From Phyllobates terribilis (lineage: Eukaryota), in NCBI RefSeq assembly GCF_046119375.1, contig NW_027362761.1, positions 305,536,001-305,600,000 on the forward strand: a stretch of 64,000 nt of DNA, given 5' to 3'. Below, in pieces: positions 11,347 through 22,622 of the stretch. Position numbers and translations under genes: made by a program. Each line of letters starts with the position of its first letter. Position 1 is the first letter of the stretch. The notes under the pieces were generated by a model. It was not told the origin of the DNA. It saw only the letters and a list, made by a program, of their open reading frames with translations, and did not search any database.

Positions 11347-11563
11347 TTCAAAGCAGTCATCAAAGCAAAAGGTGGCTACTTTGAAGAAACTAGAATATAA
11401 GACATATTTTCAGTTGTTTCACACTTTTTTGTTAAGCATATAATTCCACATGTGTTAATTCATAGTTTTGATGCCTTCAGTGTGAATGTACAATTTTCAT
11501 AGTCATGAAAATACAGAAAAATCTTTACATGAGAAGGTGTGTCCAAACTTTTGGTCTGTACTG
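11347..11563. mobile_element. Solo terminal inverted repeat of the DD38E (Intruder-type) Tc1 family
   Basis: Near-identical to about 38535-38751. Ends GTCCAAACTTTTGGTCTGTACTG followed by TA. Confidence 0.9.
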
Positions 11564-12109
11564 TATGTCCACATCCAAATAAATTATATATCACACATGG
11601 AACAGTGAAGTAAGGAATACTATACACAGATATTACTAATATAAAAATATGTTACGACAATAAAACGTCAAAGAAAGATATATAACAAATATATTATGAA
11701 ATGAGCATAGCCACAATGATCAGCATGTTAGGTCAAAAATATATATGTATATCCGGCTAGGAGAATCAATCTGTACATAATATCAGAAAAAATATCCAAC
11801 TGTATCACATAAAAGAGTAAAAATAACCAAATCGAAGTATGGATATAAATATATATACGTCATCATTCATATCCATAAATAAATCACATGAGGTGAAACA
11901 AAGAAAAAAAAACACAAAAACTGTCATTTATTTAAAGTGAGAGATCAGGCAAAGGTATGTCGCTCACGTTTATACCTTAAGACAGGCTATAATTTAAGTA
12001 TAACCATAGTAATGCCATGCCACATTGACACACATATGCATGTCTACATGACACAATAGGTTATGCCCATGTACATGAAGTAATTACCTTAGAAGATATG
12101 ATGTCCAGG

Positions 12110-12245
12110 GACCCACCACAGCTGACGCGCGTTTCGTATTGAAATGCCCCTGGACGAAGCATATGGACGAAGGTATGTGGTCATTTCCTGAATAAAAAGT
12201 GCTTGACACTTTGAAACGCGTTGAATAAAAACAACGTTTGAATAA
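12110..12245. mobile_element. Probable Penelope-like element terminal remnant
   Basis: GAAACGCGTTG-AATAAA signature at 12213-12229, with an inverted partial copy GACGCGCGTTTCG at 12124-12136. Confidence 0.45.
12185..12225 (+). ncRNA. Degenerate minimal type I hammerhead ribozyme motif
   Basis: CTGAATA 12188-12194 (CUGANGA with G8 changed to U); stem II AAAGTG/CACTTT around a CTTGA loop; GAAAC-GC-GTT 12213-12222; short stem I TTC/GAA. Confidence 0.4.
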
Positions 12246-12693
12246 AACCCTGAGAATTTATGTCTTCCATACACAGCAGAACGGGAGGTATCCACAAATT
12301 ATTCCTACTTCATGCTTGTCGGTTTTGCAACCCATGGATCGGCAGCAGCTGTACAATGATTTAAAAATGCCTTTTAAGTCATAAATCAGGTTAGTACAAT
12401 CTGATAAATAACTCCAATTGTATGTCAGATAGGACCCTATTTGCACTACTTTCTCCCTAGTGTTTTAACCCCGTCTGCATGTTAGATGGAGACTGGAGCT
12501 GAGAGGAGCCTGCAGATGTGTCAGGTATAATCACACACAGCTCTGCAGTGAGATCAGGAGAGCAGAGAGCGGCCATCACACATCACACTGGTAACTCCCC
12601 TCCATGTAAAATAAGCTCTGGAGGCAGATTCTCAGGGAGATCTATGTCCGACCCATAGTCCTGAACACCAAAACATGGATTTCTCAGGAATAA

Positions 12694-13462
12694 GGCTATG
12701 TTCACACATGTTGGGTTTTTCAGCGTATTTTGTTGAAGATCTTTATGCAAATTTTTAGCTGAGTTTTGCAGCACCAGCAGAGTCTATGAGAAACCAGAAT
12801 TCTCTATTCACACATCTTGCTTTTTTGTTGTTGCGTATGTTGTGCCTCGGTTGGATTTTTGGAAAATAGAGCATGTCACTTCTTTCAGCGTTTTTCACCC
12901 ATTGGAAGTAATGGTTAGTGAAAAAACGCTGAAAAATCATGATATGTGAACATAGCTATCAGGTTTTGCTGCGTTTTTAGTGAAAATAAGCAAGTACAGC
13001 AGTATGTGAAACTCATTTATTTTTGTGATTTTACCATCTTGTCTTGGTCAGTTTAATTAAATTAGGGATATGTAGTGGGTAAACATTAGCTGAGCTACCT
13101 GTGAGATTGAACAATACTTGTGGCCCAGTGAGGTGTGAAATTGAACAATTTCTGTGCAACTGAATGGCTGACCCCATAGTTTGAACATAAATAGTGTCAT
13201 ACAAACTCAATGCATTGCCAGTGTCTAAACTATTCCTGAACAATTCACCTCCCCCACTATGCCAAAACCAGATTTTTTTTTTTCTCAGAACTTTATGTAC
13301 ATGCATAAATAGAGACAGAAGGACAGCGAAAAAAATGCTGAAAAAACAAACAAATAAAAGAGCAGCAAAACATGCATTTTTTGACGCAGCTGATTTCCTT
13401 CCAGAGTTGGGTTTTGCTGCGGATTTGTGATGCTGAAAAATCCAATATGTGTGAACATAGAC
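12694..13462. mobile_element. PIF/Harbinger-type MITE, probably composite
   Basis: TAA then GGCTATGTTCACACAT; matching ends ATGTGAACATAGC (about 12956) and ATGTGTGAACATAGAC (about 13462); typical CAGCGTTTTT/AAAAACGCTG internal motifs. Confidence 0.6.
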
Positions 13463-14818
13463 ATTGGATCGCAGATTTCAAGGTATCATTTAATTCAGCT
13501 TCCTATGACCTATGTGCCCATATAGACAGCTTAGGAGGATTGATCCTACTGACAAATTCCATTTAAGTGGTGAGAATAAAACTGAAAATTGGTAAAAAAA
13601 AAAATTAAAAAAAAGTGCTTGTGTCGCCATGTTGCCGGACCAATAATGTTTTCATTTTTCGGTTGATTGAGCTGGTGGACACAATATTTTGATCCCTTGT
13701 AATTGCATTGTTTGGCTGACTTGAACCTGCGATCGTCCGATTGCTTGTACTGTGTGCTGCAATACCACAATATCGCAGTATTTAGTTAAAATCACGGTCT
13801 CCTATGCATGCCATTCACTGGCTGGTCTTCATAGGAGTACTATCACGTCAAGCACAAGGGTCTTCAGCAGATTGTCATGGGGAGAGGCAATAGGTGCATA
13901 GAAAGTCAAGCAACTGAGCAGCATGCTTTAAATGCCACTGTCAGAGAGTGACAGGGGCATGTAAGAGGTTAACAGCAGCGGGCGGAGTGCAGCTTCACTC
14001 TAGAAGCAGATGATGGCTGAATAACACAGCCATCATCTGGCAGGAATGGGGCAGTCCCAGTTCTAAGCTCGCTCCATACACATATTCTCGGCAAGCGCAA
14101 TACATGTACGCCACTTGTCGCCAGGGGGTTATGGACGCTTGTAAGTAAGGAATGGAATACTGGAGTTTTTTAGCCTTTTATTAGTCAAATTGTGAAAATA
14201 CAACATATGAAATGCTTATAAGGTCCTATTTCTCATCTTACACTACCTTTCTATGCCGAGAAAATAAGAAAAGGAAAGAAAAAAAATACATTTTTATTCA
14301 GGGCTTTAGAAAACAGTCTGTGCAAAAGATTGACTGAGAGATTGGTGTGAGCCTGTGTGAAGTAACGCTGTGCTGGAGTGGTGGTCCCCTGTGAGAGAAA
14401 CAGAGACCTGAGAAAGGAGATTACGCACATGAAATGACGGAGAAAAACAGACATGACCGATCTTAGTCAAATCTGCAAAACAAGCTGCCAATTCTAATGA
14501 TAGCGAGCTCAAAAGAATAAAGAATTAAAACTTTCCCATCAGATCAAGCTCACTAATGGATTCTCAGTTAATTCATTCCTCAGCCAGCAACACAGAGCAA
14601 GAGAAGGAAAATGGTAAAACATTAAAAAAAAAAAAAAAACAATTGCAAAAAGTATTGTTATCAAAAAACATGCACTATACTATAGAGCCAATACATCAGA
14701 CGATTGCTATCTGATGCTTTATCAGATAGCACTCGGGCCAATGCCTTACTATGGGGCAGTGCAGATCAGAGATTTTTGCGAGTGGCTTCGCAAATTGGAC
14801 CACGCACATCCATTCAAG

Positions 14819-15169
14819 TGTAAGATCAGGATTTATACTTCATGTATCCTGACTCCATTTTGATTTTCGTACTTGTATCTTCTGCTTACCAGAATGGAGT
14901 TTGAGCAGGTATTTGTGTGAGATAACAAGTCTTTGGAATGTCTTTGTCTAAAGACTTAGAGAAAACAGAAATTAGAAAGTGAGATATTCCTAAAGTCCAA
15001 AAGCTGGGTGTAGACAGAATTAACTTTAGCCAATGAGATGTATGTATGCTAATGTAAGCACATGTGCAGAGATAAGCTGAGCCAATTATATTGTTACCAT
15101 GTATGACTATTAGTAAGCTATATAAGTGACCAAACATCTCAGAACATCTCACATTATGTGGCGACGACA
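14819..15169 (+). repeat. ERV 5' LTR
   Basis: About 16 substitutions versus 20461-20757 over about 300 bp (counted by eye). About 100 bp after the TATA box, including AATAAA, is replaced by a short AACATCTCA duplication. Confidence 0.9.
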
Positions 15170-15173
15170 AACC

Positions 15174-15192
15174 TGGCGCAACGAACAGAGAC
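15174..15192 (+). promoter_or_regulatory. Primer-binding site, tRNA-Lys3-like
   Basis: TGGCGCAACGAACAGAGAC resembles the Lys3 PBS TGGCGCCCGAACAGGGAC and lies 4 nt after the LTR. Confidence 0.65.
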
Positions 15193-15742
15193 CCACTAAT
15201 GCAAAAGACTGCTGACCCAACCAATTTGCTGGGCCCCAGACAGATGGATAACTCGGGACAGCTGCAGCAATTAGTAAGAAGCTTTATTCTTACACTACCT
15301 GAAGTTACACCTCTGTTTTCGTGGGTTGCAGTGCGCGTTGGGTGAGTATTCGCAGGTCATTTGATCTGTTCATAGTAAGTGGGTCCATTATTGTTAGACA
15401 AAGAAGCCTGATGAGACCTTGTGTACTGTGTTGAACTTCTGTGTTGTATGGGGAGTGTGGATTTGGTATTTCACTGGTCATCTGTACGTGGGGTTGGATT
15501 GTAGTGATTAGTTGATTGCACCCGGTGGAGCAGATGTTGGTGATTGTCACAGCAGCCTCTTGTATTGCTAAAGAAACCCATATGGTTCCGGCTCCTAGAC
15601 GTAGGAGCTGATGGTTTTCGTCTGATTATAAGTCAGGCAAAGAGTGACAGAGTGGAAAGTCATAGTTTTGTGTGGTAAGAGTCCCTGCTGGTTTTTCACT
15701 CTAGTCCTGTATTACTGTTGTTTTTTTTTAAAGAAACAGAAG

Positions 15743-16974
15743 ATGGGTAATCTGTTCAATAAGGGGCAGATGGAGCATGGTAGAGTGGTAGAGGTGCTGT
15801 ATAGAGTATACAAGTCAATGTGTGTGTGGTAAGAGTCCCCACTGGTTTGTGTCTCTAGTTCTGTACTCCTGTTTTTAAAGAAACAGAAAGAAAGAAAAGA
15901 AATTTGTGCAGAAAAGGCATAGGTTTTGTTTAGTGTCTGGTTGTCCACCTGGTGGCAGATTTGATGAAGGTTTCCTGAAGTGTATTGGAGGAACAGAAAG
16001 GTTGTTTTAACTGATGCTGGTTTACTTGACGTAACGTGAGATGGCGTTCATTCCCCTGCCGCTCTCAGTTTGATTCCACCCCCGTACATTGTCCCTGAAG
16101 GATGGACATGTTGTGTATGTAGGAAACAGAATCCAGATTGGGTGAAGACCTGTTGTGCCAACAGGGGGGCATCACATACACATAGGAACCATTAAACCGT
16201 CTACTCTTAAAACAGGATTGTACCCTTTTTGTTTACGCCCCACAATCCATTTGCATAGTGAGCCCTCCCTTGGCCAGTGTACCAAGTGCTACGCCCCCAT
16301 AAGTCTCGGTCAGGCCCCCAATGAATATTATGCCTGCACTGGATGGGACCAACACCCCGTCAGACCCTGCCCTGCCCTCCAGCACCTCCCCTGACACAAC
16401 CCAAATGGATGCAGGAGTTATACCTCAGCCCTTTCCTTTTGCAGCCATGACAGACTCACTAGGACAATTAGTCAGGGTGCGCAGCTCACCTTAACCTCCC
16501 CCCCTGCTGCTCGCCCGCAGCTCTCGTCCAGACTGCTACCACCAGGCCTCACACACCAGTTTGGGGGACCAGAGACTATAGAGCCCCAGGGGTGTATGGT
16601 ATCCCTGGAATCCTAGTGAAATGCTGGCCATAATGAGTAGAATGCCAGACCTTGAAATGTTTCCCATGCCATTTGTTAGAGAAAGTAGAAAAAAATTAGA
16701 AATGCGTTCTCCTGTTAGTAGAAAAATATTATACACATTGAAAGTTCACACCCGTTTACTGTCTCATGCCTCTGTTGAAAGTTTAAAGCTAGTGATTAAA
16801 GAGCCACTAATAGTATCCTGCACGAAGTACCTGTCTATGTCCCCAGCTGTGATACTCCAAGTAGCCAAGAGTGTGGAAGCAACAAATGCCCTTAATAACA
16901 AGGCAAAAACCCGGTCCAGAGCAACTCTTCTGTATGACCAGTCCAGGCAAGAACAAAGTAATTTCACGTTATAA
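15743..16974 (+). pseudogene. gag: ERV gag remnant
   Basis: MGNLFNK myristoylation-like start at 15743; a GCPPGGRFD matrix-like motif; capsid-like YPWNPSEMLAIMSRMPDL in ORF 16621..16974; multiple stops and deletions. Confidence 0.55.
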
Positions 16975-17119
16975 TTGCGCGAAGCTTAAAAACACACAGA
17001 AACTGCAGCGCTGCTAGACTAATGATAACCCCCCTCCTTCCCCCTTCTCCAGCAGGGAGGGGGAGACTCAGTGTCTCACTAAGAATCCTATTTCTGCTAG
17101 ATCAGTCTACGGGGATTTC

Positions 17120-18950
17120 TTTTAACTTTCTCTCACTATTTACGTCTCTCATGATGTTACGGCCATTCTTTCTCAGTACTGCTTGACATCTCAGACTTTA
17201 ATGTGCCCCCCTCATGCCTGATAACATCACCAGTCACCATTGCACTACTCTGAATCCAGCCACCTTGTTGCCTCTGGAGGGGGGAGAGGGGGTGGTAGTG
17301 ATAATGTGGGTGATCTGCTAGTTAAGCCACAAGAGGAACATGACTGTGTACAAATAATGTCCCACGGGGGGTTTCAGTCATGTTACCGATGTCCCACTAG
17401 TTAACCCAGACCATGAGCTCTTTGTGGATGGATCCCGTTATGGCGTGGATGGCCGGTTCTACACTGGATATGCTGCTGTTTCACTTCATGAAACCATAAA
17501 AGCAGAGCAGCTGCCCCCACACATGTCCACCCAGGAAGCGGAACTCCGTGCCCTTGAAGAAGCCTGCAGACATGCTAAAGACCAGACTGCCACGACTTAT
17601 ACAGACAGCCGCTACGCTTTCATGACTATGGACCTATAAGGAGAGCTGGTTCTTTCCTCGCAGCGGCAAGTAAGCCTGTCAAGAATGATAAATCCGTCCA
17701 ATGCCTAATGGAGGACCTACCTTTACATGAGAAAGTTGCCATGGTGAAAGTCAAAGGCCATGCAAAGGACAACTCAGCTACAGCTAAAGGCAACCACCTG
17801 GCCGACCAGGCTGAAAAATCAGCAGCTTGCCAACCAAGAGACAACCCTGCCAAGGTGGCAGCTGCACAGGTGGCCTCAGCCGCAGACCCACCGGTGACCT
17901 ATGACCTTCTCCAGAAGCTCCAACAGGCTGGTGTTGAAGAATTCGCCAGATGACACAGGAGCCGTGCAGTCACCAGAAGGACTGTGGCACGTGGAGGACA
18001 AAGGTTGCCTTCCCAGAGTTCTGTATCCCATGATGGCTCAAGCTACCCACGGCAATACCCACTAGTCAAAGACTCCCATGACAGACCTCGTCCACTGCCA
18101 TTGGTATGCCATTGGGTTCAGTGTCACTGCAGCCAAACACGTTCAAACATGTCTGACCTGTGCGCTCGACAACGCGAGACGCACCACCAAGACGCCTATG
18201 AGACACACACCGAGGCCCCTGTACCCATTCTAGCGTCTTCAGAAGAACTACATTCAACTTCCCAAGATGCAAACCTACGAGTATGTACTTGTGTGTGTTG
18301 TCTTCTTCTCAGGATGTACAGAAGCGTACCCTGTGTGTAAAGCCACTGTTAAAGGCTACAACAAGGAGACTAATTTCAGATGTCATCTGCAGATACGGGG
18401 TGCCTGAGACCATGAAGCGTAACGCCCGCCCTGGGAGTGAAAAAGGCCTTCATACAGTGTACCATCCACAAAGTAGCGGTAGAGTAGAGAGATTGAATGG
18501 GACACTGAAACTGAAAATCCAGAAAGCCACAGCTGAAACGGGCAGACCATGGACAGAATGGTTGCCCTTTGGACTCTTCTCAGTCAGGTATACTCCCAAC
18601 AAAAAGACAGGCCTCAACCCATATGAGGTGTTATTTGGGTCAGCCCCTAGGCTAGGGTTGTATTTTCCACAGTGGTTCCAGATGCAACATGATAGGCTGT
18701 CTTATGTTATTGAACTAACTGACACGCTTGTCTAACATACAGTATATTCTCGACTTTTCTAGATCCAGATTCTGTGGAAGGGTGCCACCCCCTGCAGCCT
18801 GGAGACTGGGTGATGGTCAAAAGATACGTCAGGAGAGCCCTTAAGCCTCGATTTGATGGGCCCTTACAAGTCCTGATGACAACTCAGACGGCAGTAAAGT
18901 TTGAGAGAAAGCCCAACTGGATCCACACCTCACACAGCAGGAGGACAGCT
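17120..18950 (+). pseudogene. pol: ERV pol remnant (RT tether, RNase H, integrase); protease and RT palm deleted
   Basis: HCTTLNPATLLP, LFVDGSRY, STQEAEL, YTDSRYAF, VKVKGHA...GNHLADQ; HHCC as HGNTH...CLTC; HPQSSGRVERLNGTLK; LQPGDWVMVK...RFDGP...WIHTSH. Confidence 0.9.
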
Positions 18951-18959
18951 GAGACAAGA

Positions 18960-20400
18960 AAGCCACTGAGTGATGTGGACGCACACCCTGTGCCTTATCC
19001 AGATAACTGGGTGCTCATCGAGGACTATGTCCCAAGAGAGAAAGAATGGGGAGTAGTTACCACTTTCTGGTTTAATACCTCAGACCTTGTAGCCCGTTAT
19101 AAATTTGACTTGTCAAACATCGTCTCCTGCCCTAGGGAGGAGTGGCAGTGTGGGGACACATATAGACTCACCCAAAAGTATATATATGTCACCACCACCA
19201 ATACTGGCTATGGGTCTGATTGTAAGTCCTGGAGTATGGTGGGGTGGAACACTAAGGAAGACTGGGCCTACAACCCTTCTGTAGCCCAAGAAAAGACAGA
19301 CAGCAACGGTAGAAGTCTCCTTCCCAGAATGACTCTGCTACAACCAGAATACATGTCCAAACGTTGTACAATAGGGTCCTGTCTTACTTGTAAGTCTGAC
19401 AACTGTCTTCCCCAATAGTTGACGATAGAGAACCCCTCTGTTATGGACGCAGGACTATATAGGTGATGGGCATAAATATCCTGGGGGGCACTGACTGATT
19501 AGGACACTTTTGCCTTAAAGATATCAGGGACCGACCTATTCTAAATGAGACTGAGACCCTGCAACTTAAGACTTCCAAAGACTTATTCCTGGTGGCCTTC
19601 CCTATAAGCGACTAGACAAACTTCATTGCTTTCTCCTGCCTAATTCTGCTATTTTCCGCTACAGAATGAGAAAATACTTCAGAGTGTAATCTGCTCCAGC
19701 AGTTGTATCCCCTTATAATCCCTAAAAACGTAAAGGCCAGTGGGCGTGGGAAGTACACTTGTTTCCAGAATTTAACATGTACCATTGATCTAAAGCATTT
19801 AGGTTCCTCCTACTGAAGTCCTACCACCACCACTAACTTGGTACGAGGCCCTCTAAAATCAGACGGTAGTTAGGGCTGACTTGTGGGTGTGTGGAAATGG
19901 TGACTTTTATCCAGTACTGCCAGTGGGATGGGAGAGCTCTTGTGCTATTGGTAAATTCCTGATACCACTCCAGATTGTGACTCCAAATACAGACAAGCTC
20001 CACAAATATGCAACAGAAAATCGGAGACACAAGGGTGACACCAGCATTCCTACTTCTTTCGACCCTCACATGTACATTGACTCTATTGAGATTCCAAGAG
20101 GAGTACCAGACGGGTTCAAAGGCAGAGATCAAGCAGTAGCAGGACTTGAATCGTTATTCCCCATCGTTACAGCAAATAAAAATGTGGACTGGATAAATGA
20201 TATCTACAATGACAAACTGTTGGATGCCAACTCTGACCAGCACATGAATGTGGCACCCTTATAATTTCCTTGCTTGTTGTGGCTTGAGTGTGTGTATGTG
20301 TGTCCATCCAATGGCGTGACAGACAGACCGATCCGGAGAATCCGGTGAAGCAGTGTAGGAAGACCGGATTCTTCTATTAGGGGAGGAGAATGTATCTGGG
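18960..20400 (+). pseudogene. env: ERV env remnant
   Basis: Cys/Trp-rich SU-like segment (KFDLSNIVSC...CKSWSMVGWNT); WVCG...LPVGWESSC; DPHMYIDSIEIPRGVPDGFKGRDQAVAGLES...NKNVDWIN; residual hydrophobic anchor GTLIISLLVVA. Most of the TM ectodomain is deleted. Confidence 0.75.
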
Positions 20401-20460
20401 GGAGTCTGTAGACGGGCACTTCGGCTGGAATAGCTGCCTACTGCCACAAGAGAAGGGAAT

Positions 20461-20885
20461 TGTGAAAGCAGGATTTATACTTAATGTATCCTGACTCCAT
20501 TTTGATTTTTGTACATGTATCTTCGGTTTACCAGAATAGAGTTTGAGCTGGTATGTGTGTGAGATAACAAGTCTTTGGAATGTCTTTGTCTAAAGACTTA
20601 GAGAAAACAGAAAGTAGAAAGTGAGATATTCCTAAAGTCCAAAAGCTGGGTGTAGACAATGAGATGTATGTATGCTAATGTCAGCACATATGTAGAGTTA
20701 AGCTGAGCCAATTATATTGTTACCATGTATGACTATTAGTAAGCTATATAAGTGACCGATTGTATAATAAAAGACAGATCTACCCTGATGCTCAATGTAT
20801 CAGTCGTGGTTCTTCCGTGCACATATTTGAATCTTGCAAATTAATTTGGAAAAGGCATAACGTCTCACATTATGTGGCGACGACA
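20461..20885 (+). repeat. ERV 3' LTR
   Basis: TGTGAAAGC...GACGACA; CCAAT at about 20708; TATATAA 20745-20751; AATAAA 20766-20771. Confidence 0.92.
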
Positions 20886-21377
20886 CAAGTCATTGGGTCT
20901 GTGTAAAACATGTCATCCGAGTGCAGTTCGATTTACGAAGACACAGACAATGGAGAAGTTCTCCATCTTCTCCGCACCTGTGATAAGATTCTGTCATGCT
21001 AGAGAGTTGGATCACAGTAAAATGATCCTGAGCAATGAAGGAAGCAGGGAGGATCGTTGAGCTGTGATGAAGGTGGCATAACATGTCAGGTGACTAGAAT
21101 GGATTTTATTTAATCTTTTCCCTGCCCTCCAAGTGACAGTGTGGTGGCTGTGGTGGCTGCTGTTTGGGTTAGGATTGGATTTGTAGCACATTTGATTACT
21201 TATGGATCCATTTGCTCATCTCTGATCCCAACCCCTAAGAAGTGTCATTAGAAGAGGATAATAATTGGCAGATACAATTTTGGCTGTGGTGTCACATGCC
21301 ACTGAAAGTCATGGCCGCCTTCAGGACTAAATAGGCGTTACTGAAATCTCACACACTCCTTGGTGCCCGCAGGTGAT

Positions 21378-21571
21378 GGCCGGGGTCACACATTCAGTAT
21401 TTGGTCAGTATTTTACATCAGTATTTATAAGCCAAAACCAGGAGTGGAACAATCAGAGGAAAAGTATAATAGAAACACGTCACCACTTCTGTATTTATCA
21501 CCCACTCCTGGTTTTGACTTACAAATACTGATGTAAAATACTGACCTAATACTGAATGTGTGACCGTGGCC
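21378..21571. mobile_element. Fold-back PIF/Harbinger-type MITE (194 bp)
   Basis: Arms of about 80 bp: GGCC..GGTCACACATTCAGTATT / AATACTGAATGTGTGACC..GGCC, followed by TTA. Confidence 0.8.
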
Positions 21572-21779
21572 TTAATCGGTATCCAGCGGCAGCTGCACCC
21601 AGATATTGCAGCCTTGGGCATGTGCTGCTAGATTTTAGCGCTTGTAATAGGTAATGGCAGGAACCATATAGGTAGAATCGTCACAGGAGTCCCCAGGCTA
21701 GTCTCTCCTGTGCCCACAGCCCAGAGGCCACCACACTCTTAGTACACAGGAGCGATGCCAGGTGAATGACACGTGTGTT

Positions 21780-22435
21780 TACACACTGAGCCGTTACCAT
21801 AGAGACCAGCTTGCTGACAGCCAGCATCACGTCCGCGAGCTCGTCCCAGCATGCCTGGCGGGTGGAAGCGCTGGAGCTCACTGATTGGCTGACGGCATTG
21901 CGCGAACACGACTTGCTGTTACAGTCACATTTTGTTGCCTCCCGCTCAGTAAAACTCCATGATGTAACGTCCCTTTAAATCGGTCCCTTAACCGGCACCT
22001 GCACCTCTAGTCACGGCGCCTACACCCGGAAGCACGACTCACTTCCGCCTCATACAACCGGACCAACCGGTTTCTACGCGTCAGACAAACCCTGTCCTCG
22101 AGGCCCCGCCCCGGTGCCCAGTGTTCACTGGATATTGGTGCATTGCTCTATTTATCACTTCCAGCACGTACTTCTACTCCTTTTCTCCGCCAATCATATG
22201 CTTTTCCCGGCCGGTGCCAAGGGGAAGCCCCCGGGATTGGCTCACGGAAGAGCTGAGCAAGTTCGAGTGACCCTTTGGTGAGAGTGAATGAAATGTGCGG
22301 GCTGCCAGCAGCGGCGAAGTGCGGGGCGGCCGCGGGGGCTCGGTAAGGGGAAGCGCTGCCATCAGGACAGAGCCCGGCCGGAACTCGGGTCCCTGTGCGC
22401 TCCACTGCCGGCCGCTGGCCTCTGCCGACACGGAC
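21780..22435 (+). promoter_or_regulatory. MLEC: MLEC CpG-rich promoter and 5' UTR
   Basis: CpG-rich; several CCAAT/ATTGG boxes; ETS sites (CCGGAAG, ACTTCCG); GC box; X-box-like GTTACCATAGAGAC 21793-21806. Confidence 0.7.
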
Positions 22436-22622
22436 ATGCCTGGTGTAACAGTCCGGGGCCCAGTGGCCGCTCTGCTGGTCGCTATACTCGCCCTGCTGGC
22501 GGTAGTAGAAGCCGGCCTGGGTGACAAGGTTATTTGGGCTGTCAATGCTGGGGGCGAGGCCCATGTGGACGTGCACGGCATCCACTACCGGAAGGACCCG
22601 CTGGAGGGCAGAGTGGGTAGAG
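22436..22622 (+). CDS. MLEC: MLEC coding exon 1
   Basis: MPGVTVRG...DPLEGRVGR; donor GTGAGT at 22623. Confidence 0.93.

Larger units (their letters stand above)
14819..20885 (+). mobile_element. Internally deleted class I (gamma/epsilon-like) endogenous retrovirus
   Basis: Two LTRs (TG...GACGACA), 4-bp TSD CAAG (14815-14818 and 20886-20889), tRNA-Lys-like PBS, remnants of gag, RNase H, IN and env, and PPT AAGAGAAGGGAAT before 20461. It is inserted inside a MITE that resumes on both flanks (CCATTCAAG|TCATTGGG). Confidence 0.93.

Noticed and set aside
13031-13306. Minus-strand ORF with YVQTMGSA, weakly like the Penelope RT Q..G.AMG motif
   Set aside because: No neighbouring RT motifs; too short and too weak to assign.
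15743-15832. Possible link between the ERV myristoylation-like peptide MGNLFNK and neighbouring UNC119B, a myristoyl-binding carrier
   Set aside because: Coincidence of position. The peptide is a truncated gag start and nothing in the sequence connects the two.
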